NCBI GenBank assembly: GCA_017540175.1 | Contig: JAFYBN010000031.1 | Coordinates: forward strand, 7,481-71,480 | DNA: 64,000 nt | Source of the DNA: Clostridia bacterium | GTDB lineage: Bacteria > Bacillota > Clostridia > Oscillospirales > CAG-272 | Direction of reading: 5' to 3' | Part shown: positions 48,727 through 56,979 of the stretch, one piece after another | How the letters are laid out: every line of letters starts with the position of its first letter | Numbering within the stretch: the stretch's first letter is position 1 | Position numbers and translations under genes: made by a program | The notes under the pieces: model-generated | The model's input: the letters and a program-made list of their open reading frames with translations, nothing else | What the model was told of the DNA's origin: nothing | Databases searched by the model: none

Positions 48727-49527
48727 ATGAAATTCATCAAAATGCAGGGGCTCGGAAACGATTACCTCTATATCTTCGGAGAGGTTCCGGAAAACGCCCC
48801 GGAGCTTTCCGTGAGACTCTCCGACCGCCATTTCGGCGCGGGCTCGGACGGCATGATCTACATCACAAAGTCCGCCGACGCCGATTTCGGCATGCGCATC
48901 TTCAACGCGGACGGCAGCGAGGCGAAGATGTGCGGCAACGGCATCCGCTGCGTCGGCAAATACGTCTACGACAAGGGCTATACCGACAAGACCCGCCTCA
49001 GGATCGAGACCGCCTCCGGCATCCGCACGCTCGAGCTTCACACCGCGGGCGGAAAGGTCGACCGTGTGACGGTCGACATGGGACGCATCCTCGTCTCGGA
49101 CGACCTCGCCCTGACGGCGGAGGGGGGAGACGTCGTCTGCACCCCCGTAAACGTCGGCAATCACCACGCGGTGGTCTTCACGGAAGACGCGGAAAACACG
49201 CCCCTGACGACGCTCGGTCCCGCGCTCGAGCATCACCCGGCGTTCCCGGGCGGCGTCAACGTCGAATTCGTCACCCTCTTCTCCCAAAACGCGCTTCGGA
49301 TGCGGGTCTGGGAACGGGGCAGCGGCGTCACAATGGCGTGCGGCACAGGAGCCTGCGCATCCGCGGCGGCGGCGGTCAAAAAAGGGTACTGCTCCCCGGA
49401 CTCCCCCATCTCGGTCGCGCTCGACGGCGGGGTGCTCGAGATCACGGTCGACGAAAACGGGTTTGCCGCGATGACGGGACCCGCGGAATTTGTCTATGAG
49501 GGGGAATGGATCGATGATGAGATTTAA
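48727..49527 (+). CDS. dapF: diaminopimelate epimerase
   Basis: KMQGLGNDY, NADGSEAKMCGNGIRC, NVEF, ERGSG.T.ACGTG. Confidence 0.97.
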   Translation: MKFIKMQGLGNDYLYIFGEVPENAPELSVRLSDRHFGAGSDGMIYITKSADADFGMRIFNADGSEAKMCGNGIRCVGKYVYDKGYTDKTRLRIETASGIRTLELHTAGGKVDRVTVDMGRILVSDDLALTAEGGDVVCTPVNVGNHHAVVFTEDAENTPLTTLGPALEHHPAFPGGVNVEFVTLFSQNALRMRVWERGSGVTMACGTGACASAAAAVKKGYCSPDSPISVALDGGVLEITVDENGFAAMTGPAEFVYEGEWIDDEI

Positions 49528-50701
49528 CGCACATTACGCGGAGCTGAAGGAATCCTATCTGTTCCGGCGCATTGCCGAAAAGACCGACGCCTTCCGCGCG
49601 CAAAATCCCGGCGCGCGCCTGCTCCGGCTCGGGATCGGGGACGTGAGCCTGCCCCTCTGCCCCGCGGTGATCGAAGCCCTGCATGCCGCGGCGGACGATC
49701 AGTCGAAAAAAGAGACCTTCCGCGGCTACATGCCCGAATGCGGCGCGCCGTTTCTGCGCCGGGCGATCCGGGATCATTACGCCGCGCGGGGGATCGCCCT
49801 CGGCGAGGACGAGGTCTTCGTATCGAGCGGCGCGAGCGACGAGCTCGGCGACATCCTCGATCTCTTCGACCGCTCCTGCGCCGCCCTTGTGATCGAGCCC
49901 GCCTATCCCGCCTACGTGGACGCGAATATCATGGCGGGCAGGACGATCCTGCGGCTTTCTGCGAACGAGGAGAACGGTTTTCTGCCCGCTCCTCCGAAGG
50001 ACGGGAACTGCGCCGCCGATCTCGTCTATCTCTGCTCGCCGAACAACCCGACCGGCGCGGTCTTTTCAAAGTCCCAACTCAAAGAATGGGTGGACTGGGC
50101 GAACGAACGCGGCGCGGTGATCCTCTTTGACGCGGCATACGAGGCGTTCATCACCGATCCCGCCCTGCCCCATTCGATTTTCGAGATCGAAGGAGCGCGG
50201 ACCTGCTCCGTGGAGATCTGCTCGCTCTCGAAGACGGCGGGCTTCACGGGAACGCGGCTCGGGTACACGGTGATCCTGAAGGCGCTCGAGCGCGGCGGCA
50301 TGAATCTGAACGCGATGTGGGTGCGCAACCGCACGACGAAGACCAACGGCGTGTCCTACATCATCCAGAAGGCGGGCGCGGCGGTCTTCACGCCTGCGGG
50401 TCAGCGGCAGATCGAGGACAATCTGAGCGTCTACCGGCACAACGCTCAAATCCTGACCGCCGTTCTCGACGAGCTCGGCGTGTGCTATTACGGCGGCAAA
50501 AACGCGCCGTACGTCTGGATGAAGTGCCCCCGCGGCATGGGAAGCTGGGAGTTTTTCGACAAGCTGCTCAAGGAGGCGCAGATCATCGCCACCCCGGGCG
50601 CGGGATTCGGCGAAAGCGGGGAGGGGTTCATCCGGTTTTCGATGTTCGGCTCCCCGGACGACACGCGCGAGGCGGCACAGAGACTGCGGGGAATGGTGTG
50701 A
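49514..50701 (+). CDS. dapL: LL-diaminopimelate aminotransferase
   Basis: SYLF, LGIGDV, ETFRGY, LCSPNNPTG, FDAAYEAFI, SLSKTAGFTGTR, TPGAGFG..GEGFIRFS. Confidence 0.93.
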   Translation: MMRFNAHYAELKESYLFRRIAEKTDAFRAQNPGARLLRLGIGDVSLPLCPAVIEALHAAADDQSKKETFRGYMPECGAPFLRRAIRDHYAARGIALGEDEVFVSSGASDELGDILDLFDRSCAALVIEPAYPAYVDANIMAGRTILRLSANEENGFLPAPPKDGNCAADLVYLCSPNNPTGAVFSKSQLKEWVDWANERGAVILFDAAYEAFITDPALPHSIFEIEGARTCSVEICSLSKTAGFTGTRLGYTVILKALERGGMNLNAMWVRNRTTKTNGVSYIIQKAGAAVFTPAGQRQIEDNLSVYRHNAQILTAVLDELGVCYYGGKNAPYVWMKCPRGMGSWEFFDKLLKEAQIIATPGAGFGESGEGFIRFSMFGSPDDTREAAQRLRGMV

Positions 50702-50787
50702 AGGGGTACGCGGCTTTCTGAAGAAAGCCCGGCAAAGACTTTTTTGAGCAGATCGGATCTCACGGAATGCTGTTTATGGTATGAGCA

Positions 50788-50830
50788 GAAAAAAGCCCGC
50801 CCGGGTTTGAATGGGCGGGTTGTTCTTTTC
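50788..50830. terminator. bidirectional intrinsic terminator
   Basis: aaaaaa-gcccgccc-loop-gggcgggt-tgttctttt between convergent genes. Confidence 0.7.
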
Positions 50831-50853
50831 GCGTCTTGTCCCTGTCCGGTTTC

Positions 50854-51828
50854 TCACTCCCGCGCGAGTTTATAAATCAGATCGTACGCGAAGGCGAGGT
50901 CATCGATCGAGCAGTGGTTCTGCACGAAATGCGTCGTGCAGCAGATCCACCGCCTGCCTCGGAGGAGTCCGAACACCCGGCGGATGTCTTCTTCGAGCTC
51001 GTCCCTGCCGACGAGCCCGAGCTTGGTCTGGATGCAGATGCCGCCGAGGATGGCGAATTTGTCATGATACTTGTCGAGATACAGATCATAGCTCATCCCC
51101 GCGCTTTCCTGCCACGGGTGCACGCAGTCCAGCCCCAGCTTTTCGATCCCGTCCGTGACCTTCGCGACGCATCCGTCCGAATGCAGGGAGCAGAGGCATC
51201 CGCGGGAGTGGACGTAATCCACCACGCGCTTCATGTGGGGGTAAATGATCTCCCACCAGAGCTTCGGGTTAAACATGAGGTCGTTCTGCGCGCCCCAGTC
51301 GTCGGAGATGTGCACCATGTCGATCCCGAGGTCGATGCAGTGTCCTGCGAACTTCACCGTCCACTCCGCCTGGCGGCGGTAGAGCTCGTCCAGCTCGTCC
51401 GGGTACATGGCGAGATAGAGAAGCTGGTTTTCGATCCCGAACACGCCGTTGAACTGCTCGAAGAAGCCCGGCGTCTGGATATAGCAGAAGCGCTCTCGCC
51501 CCTCCGCCTTGTGGAACGCCATGGCGTCCTTGATGTTCTGATACTGCCCGAGGATGTCCGGGTCGGTGAAGAAATCCTCGTCTACGAGCAGATCGGGGGT
51601 CATTTCCTCGTTTTCGGCGCGCAGCCGGTCAAAGACCTCGCCGCGGAACGAGCCGGGACCGCCGAAGACGTGGCTCATGTCGAACTCGTATTTGTCCTCG
51701 AACGCCGCGACCGAGCCGTACGCCTCCGTCAGCTCGTTCGAGAGATTCGCCGAGACCCAGCCGTAGATCGGCTGGCGGTCGGTCGGCTTGCCGAGAATGG
51801 TATTCCGTACTCTTTCCGTGCTGTTCAT
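50854..51828 (-). CDS. uroporphyrinogen decarboxylase / MtaA-CmuA family protein
   Basis: ERVRNTILGKPTDRQP, SDDWGAQ..LM, LHSDG, HPWQ, H.VQ. Specific function unknown. Confidence 0.85.
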   Translation of the reverse strand: MNSTERVRNTILGKPTDRQPIYGWVSANLSNELTEAYGSVAAFEDKYEFDMSHVFGGPGSFRGEVFDRLRAENEEMTPDLLVDEDFFTDPDILGQYQNIKDAMAFHKAEGRERFCYIQTPGFFEQFNGVFGIENQLLYLAMYPDELDELYRRQAEWTVKFAGHCIDLGIDMVHISDDWGAQNDLMFNPKLWWEIIYPHMKRVVDYVHSRGCLCSLHSDGCVAKVTDGIEKLGLDCVHPWQESAGMSYDLYLDKYHDKFAILGGICIQTKLGLVGRDELEEDIRRVFGLLRGRRWICCTTHFVQNHCSIDDLAFAYDLIYKLARE

Positions 51829-51898
51829 TTCTGCCTCCAGCGGTTCGCCGCCGTTTTTTCTCTTTCCTCCGTGCCCCCGTCCGTTTGCGTTTTCCGGC

Positions 51899-53440
51899 TC
51901 AGATCCGGAAAACTTCGGCCGAGAGCTTCCCGTTTTCCGACCGCGCGGCGGTGGGGGAGAGAAACTGTCCGTTCGTCAGGCGCAGTCCGTAGCCGACGCC
52001 CGCGTACCGCAGCGCAAGCTCCCGTTCGTCACACCGGGTGACCGCGGGCATTCCCGCGCTTTCCGCGCAGAAGCGGTATTCGAGCGTGAAGTCCCCGTCC
52101 GATCCCACGTCAAAGCCGTCCTCCCTCAGCAGGAAGGAAAAGCTGCCGTACCCGACCGTCGCCGTGCCGTCCCCGTTGTCCCGGAACGTCATTTTCCCCG
52201 CTTTGAGCGGCTCCCCGTCCCTGAGGATGCGGAGCCCGGCGAGCACGCCCGCGCCGCTGTGCCGGTTCCCCTCGATAACGGGCAGGGTCTCGTACGCTGC
52301 GTCGTTCGCCTCGCAGACCTTTTCCTCAAAGGGATCGGGCAGGTTTTCGCTGAAAACGTGCAGGTCGCGGACGCGGAAATCCCCGTGATCGGAGAAGAGA
52401 TTGATCCGATAGCGCTTCGTGGAGTACCAGACGGAATTCCGCTCTTCGTCGTCGTAAGCCGTATGCGCCGTGATAGCAGAAGGCGGGGTCTCGTTCCATG
52501 TGCTCTTGAACCACCGTCCGGTCTCCCCGAGGGGCTCGACGGTGATTTTTCCTTCCGCCTGCAGCCGCTCGAACAGGGCGAACTGATATTCCAGTCCGTT
52601 CTTCATGGAACTCCAGCCGAAGCTGTTTTCCTGCCCCGCCTGCGCATAGCCGAAGGTGAGGCAGTCACCGTTATAATTCTCCTTCATGTACCAGTCCACC
52701 CAGAAGGGAACGCCGCCGCCCCCGCCGCGTCCGGTGTAGACCGGCTCGAGCGTGACGACGCCCTGCGCGCCTGCCGCGCCGTTTTCCGTGCTCATGCCGC
52801 TGTCGTACTGATACACCGGGTCGGAGCCGAGCATGCGGAAGAGGGGAGCGGAAAGCTGCTCCGCCTTCGTCTGCGCGGGCATGAAGACGTTCGTCCGGCT
52901 GGGATAATACGCCTGTCCGTAATACCCGCCCCAGAGCGTGTACCCGTCCGTGCCGTACTGCTCCTTACAGTTGCACATGGCGTCAAGCCCGTACTTGTCC
53001 GTTATATACCGCGCGGTGTGGGAATCGAAGAACCACGAGCCGAAGACGCGGGGGTACACGCCGAAGATTTCCTTGAATTTCTCAAACAGCGCGTCCGCGA
53101 GGGCTTCCCGCTGAGGCTTCGTGTAGCCGACGGAGAAGCCGCAGTGGGCGTGCCAGTCCCACGGGAAGCGCCCCGTCCACGGAATGCCGCAGGCCTTGCA
53201 CTGCGGCTCGACGACCTCGAGCCACACGCCGAACTCAAACTGCGCGGGATCGAGCGCTTTCAGCAGTTCCGTGTAGACCGGGTCGATCAGCGCGTCGTAC
53301 TGGAGAAGGAAGGTCCCCCGCAGTCCGTGTTTTTTCATCAGCGCGATCTGCTCCCGCACCGGCTCGACGAGATCGCGCGGGCTCCGCGGCTCCACGTCGC
53401 GGATGAAATTGACTATGTTGACGATCTGGCGGTGATTCAT
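51899..53440 (-). CDS. conserved hypothetical protein (possible carbohydrate-active or deacetylase-like barrel)
   Basis: IVNIVNFIR..EPR, TFLLQYDAL, C.EQ.GTDGY..WGGY, RMLGSDP, GQENSFGW; GGAGG RBS. Confidence 0.7.
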   Translation of the reverse strand: MNHRQIVNIVNFIRDVEPRSPRDLVEPVREQIALMKKHGLRGTFLLQYDALIDPVYTELLKALDPAQFEFGVWLEVVEPQCKACGIPWTGRFPWDWHAHCGFSVGYTKPQREALADALFEKFKEIFGVYPRVFGSWFFDSHTARYITDKYGLDAMCNCKEQYGTDGYTLWGGYYGQAYYPSRTNVFMPAQTKAEQLSAPLFRMLGSDPVYQYDSGMSTENGAAGAQGVVTLEPVYTGRGGGGGVPFWVDWYMKENYNGDCLTFGYAQAGQENSFGWSSMKNGLEYQFALFERLQAEGKITVEPLGETGRWFKSTWNETPPSAITAHTAYDDEERNSVWYSTKRYRINLFSDHGDFRVRDLHVFSENLPDPFEEKVCEANDAAYETLPVIEGNRHSGAGVLAGLRILRDGEPLKAGKMTFRDNGDGTATVGYGSFSFLLREDGFDVGSDGDFTLEYRFCAESAGMPAVTRCDERELALRYAGVGYGLRLTNGQFLSPTAARSENGKLSAEVFRI

Positions 53441-53500
53441 GTACAGTCCTCCGATCTGTGTGAACAGTATTCTTCTGTTTGCCGTGCGGGGCGCCCCCGC

Positions 53501-54919
53501 TTATTTCTCAAACATCTTAAGAAGCTTCCTCTTCTTCTCCCCCGCCTTGCCGGAATAGGGGTGTTCTCTGAGGGGCAGGTTGAAACGCGTTTTGCCCGTG
53601 AGCACGGTCGTGGGGTGAGTAAATTCCCGGAAGCCCCATTCGCCGTGGTACGCGCCCATGCCGGAGTGCCCCGTCCCGTTGAACGGAACGCCCTTGACCA
53701 TCATGTGGATGCAGACCTCGTTGACGCATCCGCCGCCGTACTGTTCGGTCGACATAACGGCCTTCGCCCACTTTTTGTCCGCGGTGAAGACGTACAGCGA
53801 AAGCGGGTGTTCCCGCCCGGCGATCACGTCCATCAGCCGGTCGACCTCGGCGTCCTTGAACGGAACGACGGGGAGCAGGGGGCAGAACAGTTCGTGCTTC
53901 ACGATCTCCTCGTCCGCGTCCACCGGGTAGATCACGGTCGGGGCGAAGCGGCGGGACGCGCGGTCCCCCGTGCCGCCGAAGACGACCCGGTCCCTGTATT
54001 CCTCCATCAGCCGCACGCATTTGTCGTACACAGCGTCGGTGATGAGCTTGGGGTAGTCGGGATTTTCCTCTGCCCTCTCCCCGATCTGCCGGGTGAACTC
54101 CGCTTTGAGCGCCGTGAGAAACTCGTCGGCGACTTCCTCGGCGACGGCGATCTGGTTGATGTTGATGCAGATCTGCCCGGCGTTGACGAGCTTGAAAAAA
54201 GCGATCTTGCGCGCCGCGTCACGCAGGTCCGCGTCCGCCCGCACGACGCACCAATTCCCGGTCTCCCCGCCCAGCTCGAGCGCGACGGGAGTCAGGTTTT
54301 TCGCCGCTTCGGCGAGAACGTGCTTCCCGACCGCCGGGGAGCCCGTGTAGAAAATCTTGTCGAACCGCTCGGCAAGGCACATGTCCGCCACGTCGTGTCC
54401 GCCGTCGATCAGGGTCACGTAGTTTTCGGGGAAGATCTCGGCGATGAGCTTCTGAAGCGCGCGCGTGCTGGCGGCGGATTTGGAGCTCGCCTTGACGACG
54501 GCGGTATTCCCCCCGCAGATGCTCGCCGCGAGAACCCCGAGTGTTAAAAGAATGGGGAAATTGAACGGACTGATGATGAGGGTGACGCCGTAGGGCATTT
54601 TATAAACCCTGGTGGACGTGCTCGGGAAGCACATCAGCCCGCTGAAATGCCGCTCCGGTCTCGCCCATTTTTTCAGTCCTTTGAGGATCTCGTTGACCTC
54701 CACGATCACGGGACCGATATCGCACAGATATGCCTCGGTTTTGCTCTTGCCGAGGTCTTCGTACAGCGCGGTCTCGAGCTCTTCCTCATGCTCGATCACC
54801 GCCTGTTTCAGCTTTTTGAGCTGCTCCATCCTCCATTTTACGTCAAGCGTCGCGCCCGAGCGGAAAAACTCCCGCTGCTCCGCGACGACGGCGCTGATTT
54901 TTTCTTTGGTGTACGGCAT
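53501..54919 (-). CDS. aldehyde dehydrogenase (ALDH3-like)
   Basis: PYGVTLIISPFNFP, FYTGS, LELGG, NAGQIC, ELFCP.LP, PFNG.G.SGMG.YHG. Confidence 0.93.
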   Translation of the reverse strand: MPYTKEKISAVVAEQREFFRSGATLDVKWRMEQLKKLKQAVIEHEEELETALYEDLGKSKTEAYLCDIGPVIVEVNEILKGLKKWARPERHFSGLMCFPSTSTRVYKMPYGVTLIISPFNFPILLTLGVLAASICGGNTAVVKASSKSAASTRALQKLIAEIFPENYVTLIDGGHDVADMCLAERFDKIFYTGSPAVGKHVLAEAAKNLTPVALELGGETGNWCVVRADADLRDAARKIAFFKLVNAGQICININQIAVAEEVADEFLTALKAEFTRQIGERAEENPDYPKLITDAVYDKCVRLMEEYRDRVVFGGTGDRASRRFAPTVIYPVDADEEIVKHELFCPLLPVVPFKDAEVDRLMDVIAGREHPLSLYVFTADKKWAKAVMSTEQYGGGCVNEVCIHMMVKGVPFNGTGHSGMGAYHGEWGFREFTHPTTVLTGKTRFNLPLREHPYSGKAGEKKRKLLKMFEK

Positions 54920-54920
54920 G

Positions 54921-56129
54921 TCAGTCCCCCTTTTTGATTGCATCGAGCAGCGCGCGGATCTCTTCGTCCGTCAGGGTCTTCGGCGGCGAGTAGTTGATGG
55001 AATCCGCGTCGATCATCCCCACGAGCTTGTCGTAATCCTCTTCCTTCAGCGCGGCGCAGCCCTTCTCGAGCCCGCATTCCTCAAGCAGCTTTCCGAGCGC
55101 CGCGATGAGCTTGTCCGCGGCATCGTCCTCTCCGTCCGTCTCCGCCGCGAGACCGCAGTATGCGGCAAGCCCGGCGAGCGCGGGGAGGCAGAGCTTTTTC
55201 TGGAAGCGCGTAACGGGAATGAGGCACCACGCGATGGCCTTGCCGTGCGGAATGTGGTACAGCGCGCCGATGGAATGGGCGAAGGCGTGAACGTACCCGG
55301 CGAGCTGCCTGTTGATGGCGTTCCCGCCGAAATGCGCCGCCCGGCTCATGGCCTGCCGCGCGCCGACGTTGTGCGGATCCTCGAGAAGCACGGGCAGGTT
55401 TTCGAGCGCGAGCTTCACGCATTCGCGGCTTTCCCGCACGTTCTCTTCGCCCGATTCCGTGTCCGCCATGAGTCCTTCGAGCCCATGGCTCAGGGCGTCG
55501 ATCCCGCACCAGACCGTGACGTCGAGCGGCGCGTTCACCGTGAGCTCGCTGTCGAGCACCACGTGCTCCACGTCCAGCCCGACCACCACCGTGCAGGCTT
55601 TCACGCCGCGGTCGTTTTTCACGACCGCTCCGACCGTGAATTCCGCGCCCGTCCCCGCCGTGCTCGGCACGGTGACGAGGGGGAGGGTCTTGCCCGGGAC
55701 GAGAGCGAATTTGTGCAGATACCGTGTCACGCTCCGCTTCGGCGTCCTCGCGCCCGCGGCGATGATCTTGCTGCTGTCGAGCACGGAACCGCCCCCGAGC
55801 GCGACGACGCAGTCCGCGCCGCACGCGACCGCCGCCTTTTTCCCCGCGCGGATGATGTCCACGGTGGGCTCCGACGCGATGTCGCTGAAAATCGTGTACG
55901 CGATCCCGCTTTTCTCGAGGGACGCCGTGATCTTCTCATGAAAACCGAGGCCGAAGACGGTTTTGTCGGTCACGAGGAGCACGGAGCGGCACCCCATTTC
56001 CTTACAGATCGAGCCGATCTTCTCCCGCGCGCCGAACCCTTCCGTCACGACCGGATCGGGGATCGGGACCGCGTGGATGACCTTGCCGGGAAGCTTGCGG
56101 ATCATGCGTCTGAAACGATAGAATGCCAT
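54921..56129 (-). CDS. iron-containing alcohol dehydrogenase
   Basis: LVTD, ALGGGSVLDSSK, VPSTAGTGAE, DALSH, HAFAH..G..YHIPHG. Confidence 0.93.
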   Translation of the reverse strand: MAFYRFRRMIRKLPGKVIHAVPIPDPVVTEGFGAREKIGSICKEMGCRSVLLVTDKTVFGLGFHEKITASLEKSGIAYTIFSDIASEPTVDIIRAGKKAAVACGADCVVALGGGSVLDSSKIIAAGARTPKRSVTRYLHKFALVPGKTLPLVTVPSTAGTGAEFTVGAVVKNDRGVKACTVVVGLDVEHVVLDSELTVNAPLDVTVWCGIDALSHGLEGLMADTESGEENVRESRECVKLALENLPVLLEDPHNVGARQAMSRAAHFGGNAINRQLAGYVHAFAHSIGALYHIPHGKAIAWCLIPVTRFQKKLCLPALAGLAAYCGLAAETDGEDDAADKLIAALGKLLEECGLEKGCAALKEEDYDKLVGMIDADSINYSPPKTLTDEEIRALLDAIKKGD

Positions 56130-56161
56130 ATCAAAACCCCTTCGCTCAAATTGCTGATTTC

Positions 56162-56190
56162 ATTATACACACAAACCACGGCGAAGTCAA
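56162..56190 (-). promoter_or_regulatory. sigmaA promoter (ADH-ALDH unit)
   Basis: TTGACT, 17 bp, TATAAT on the minus strand. Confidence 0.8.
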
Positions 56191-56290
56191 GACGCCGCGG
56201 ACGCGCAAAAAACAAAACCCGACCTCTTCCTCTCGCGCGCTGTGCGCGGGGGCTGAGATCGGATCGGGTATGATGAGCGCTCCGGCAAAC

Positions 56291-56728
56291 TCAGCGTTTC
56301 TTCAGCAGGAGGATCTCCGGGTCGCTTCCGTCCGCGCCGAAGCGGCTGATGAGGATGAAGGTCGTGTCGGCGATCACGCCGATCATCTCCCCGGTGTCCG
56401 CGCAGGCGATCTGCGTGCCGAGATAGATGTCTTTGTCGTCGAGCAGCTTTACCCTTTCCCCACCCGGCAGGGGGTATTCGAGATTGACCGCCGCGCCGAC
56501 CAGCTCGACGAGCCCCTGTGCCGCGGGAAGAGAAAGCATGCCGAGCAGAACGTTGATCTCCTCGGTCAGCCGTTCTTTGAAGCTCCGGTACGCTTCAATG
56601 CCGCCGGTCTTGATGTACTCCGCGGCGACACAGCGTCCGCCGAACGGTGAGCCGCAGGTTGCCCGGCATCCGCGGCAGGTTTTTCGAAAGGAGCAGACCG
56701 TGCAGTCCGCTCCGCAATAGGTCGTCAT
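56291..56728 (-). CDS. DUF3795-like Cys-rich protein
   Basis: YCGADCTVC...C.GC..TCG.PFGG.C; GGAGG RBS. Confidence 0.75.
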   Translation of the reverse strand: MTTYCGADCTVCSFRKTCRGCRATCGSPFGGRCVAAEYIKTGGIEAYRSFKERLTEEINVLLGMLSLPAAQGLVELVGAAVNLEYPLPGGERVKLLDDKDIYLGTQIACADTGEMIGVIADTTFILISRFGADGSDPEILLLKKR

Positions 56729-56772
56729 GCCCGTCCTCCCGATTTCGCGCCCGTGGGCGCTTTATTCGTCCC

Positions 56773-56801
56773 ATTATACAGGATTATTCCCGCTCAGTCA
56801 A
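56773..56801 (-). promoter_or_regulatory. sigmaA promoter
   Basis: TTGACT, 17 bp, TATAAT on the minus strand. Confidence 0.8.
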
Positions 56802-56868
56802 GTGCAGGCGGCAAAGAAAGCGCAAAATATTATGGGGCGTTTTCCCGCCGCGAATTTCCCCCTTCCCA

Positions 56869-56897
56869 TTGCAATCCGCGCCGCAATCCTGTATAAT
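56869..56897 (+). promoter_or_regulatory. sigmaA promoter
   Basis: TTGCAA, 17 bp, TATAAT. Confidence 0.8.
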
Positions 56898-56979
56898 GGT
56901 TTATGATAACAAACGGCGCGCTCTCGGAGCCGCCCCGAACCCGTGCGCGGGTTCTTCGTGTGGAAAACGGAGAGAAGCT

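Noticed and set aside
51788-54547. 919-aa plus-strand ORF
   Set aside because: Shadow of the ALDH and hypothetical genes.
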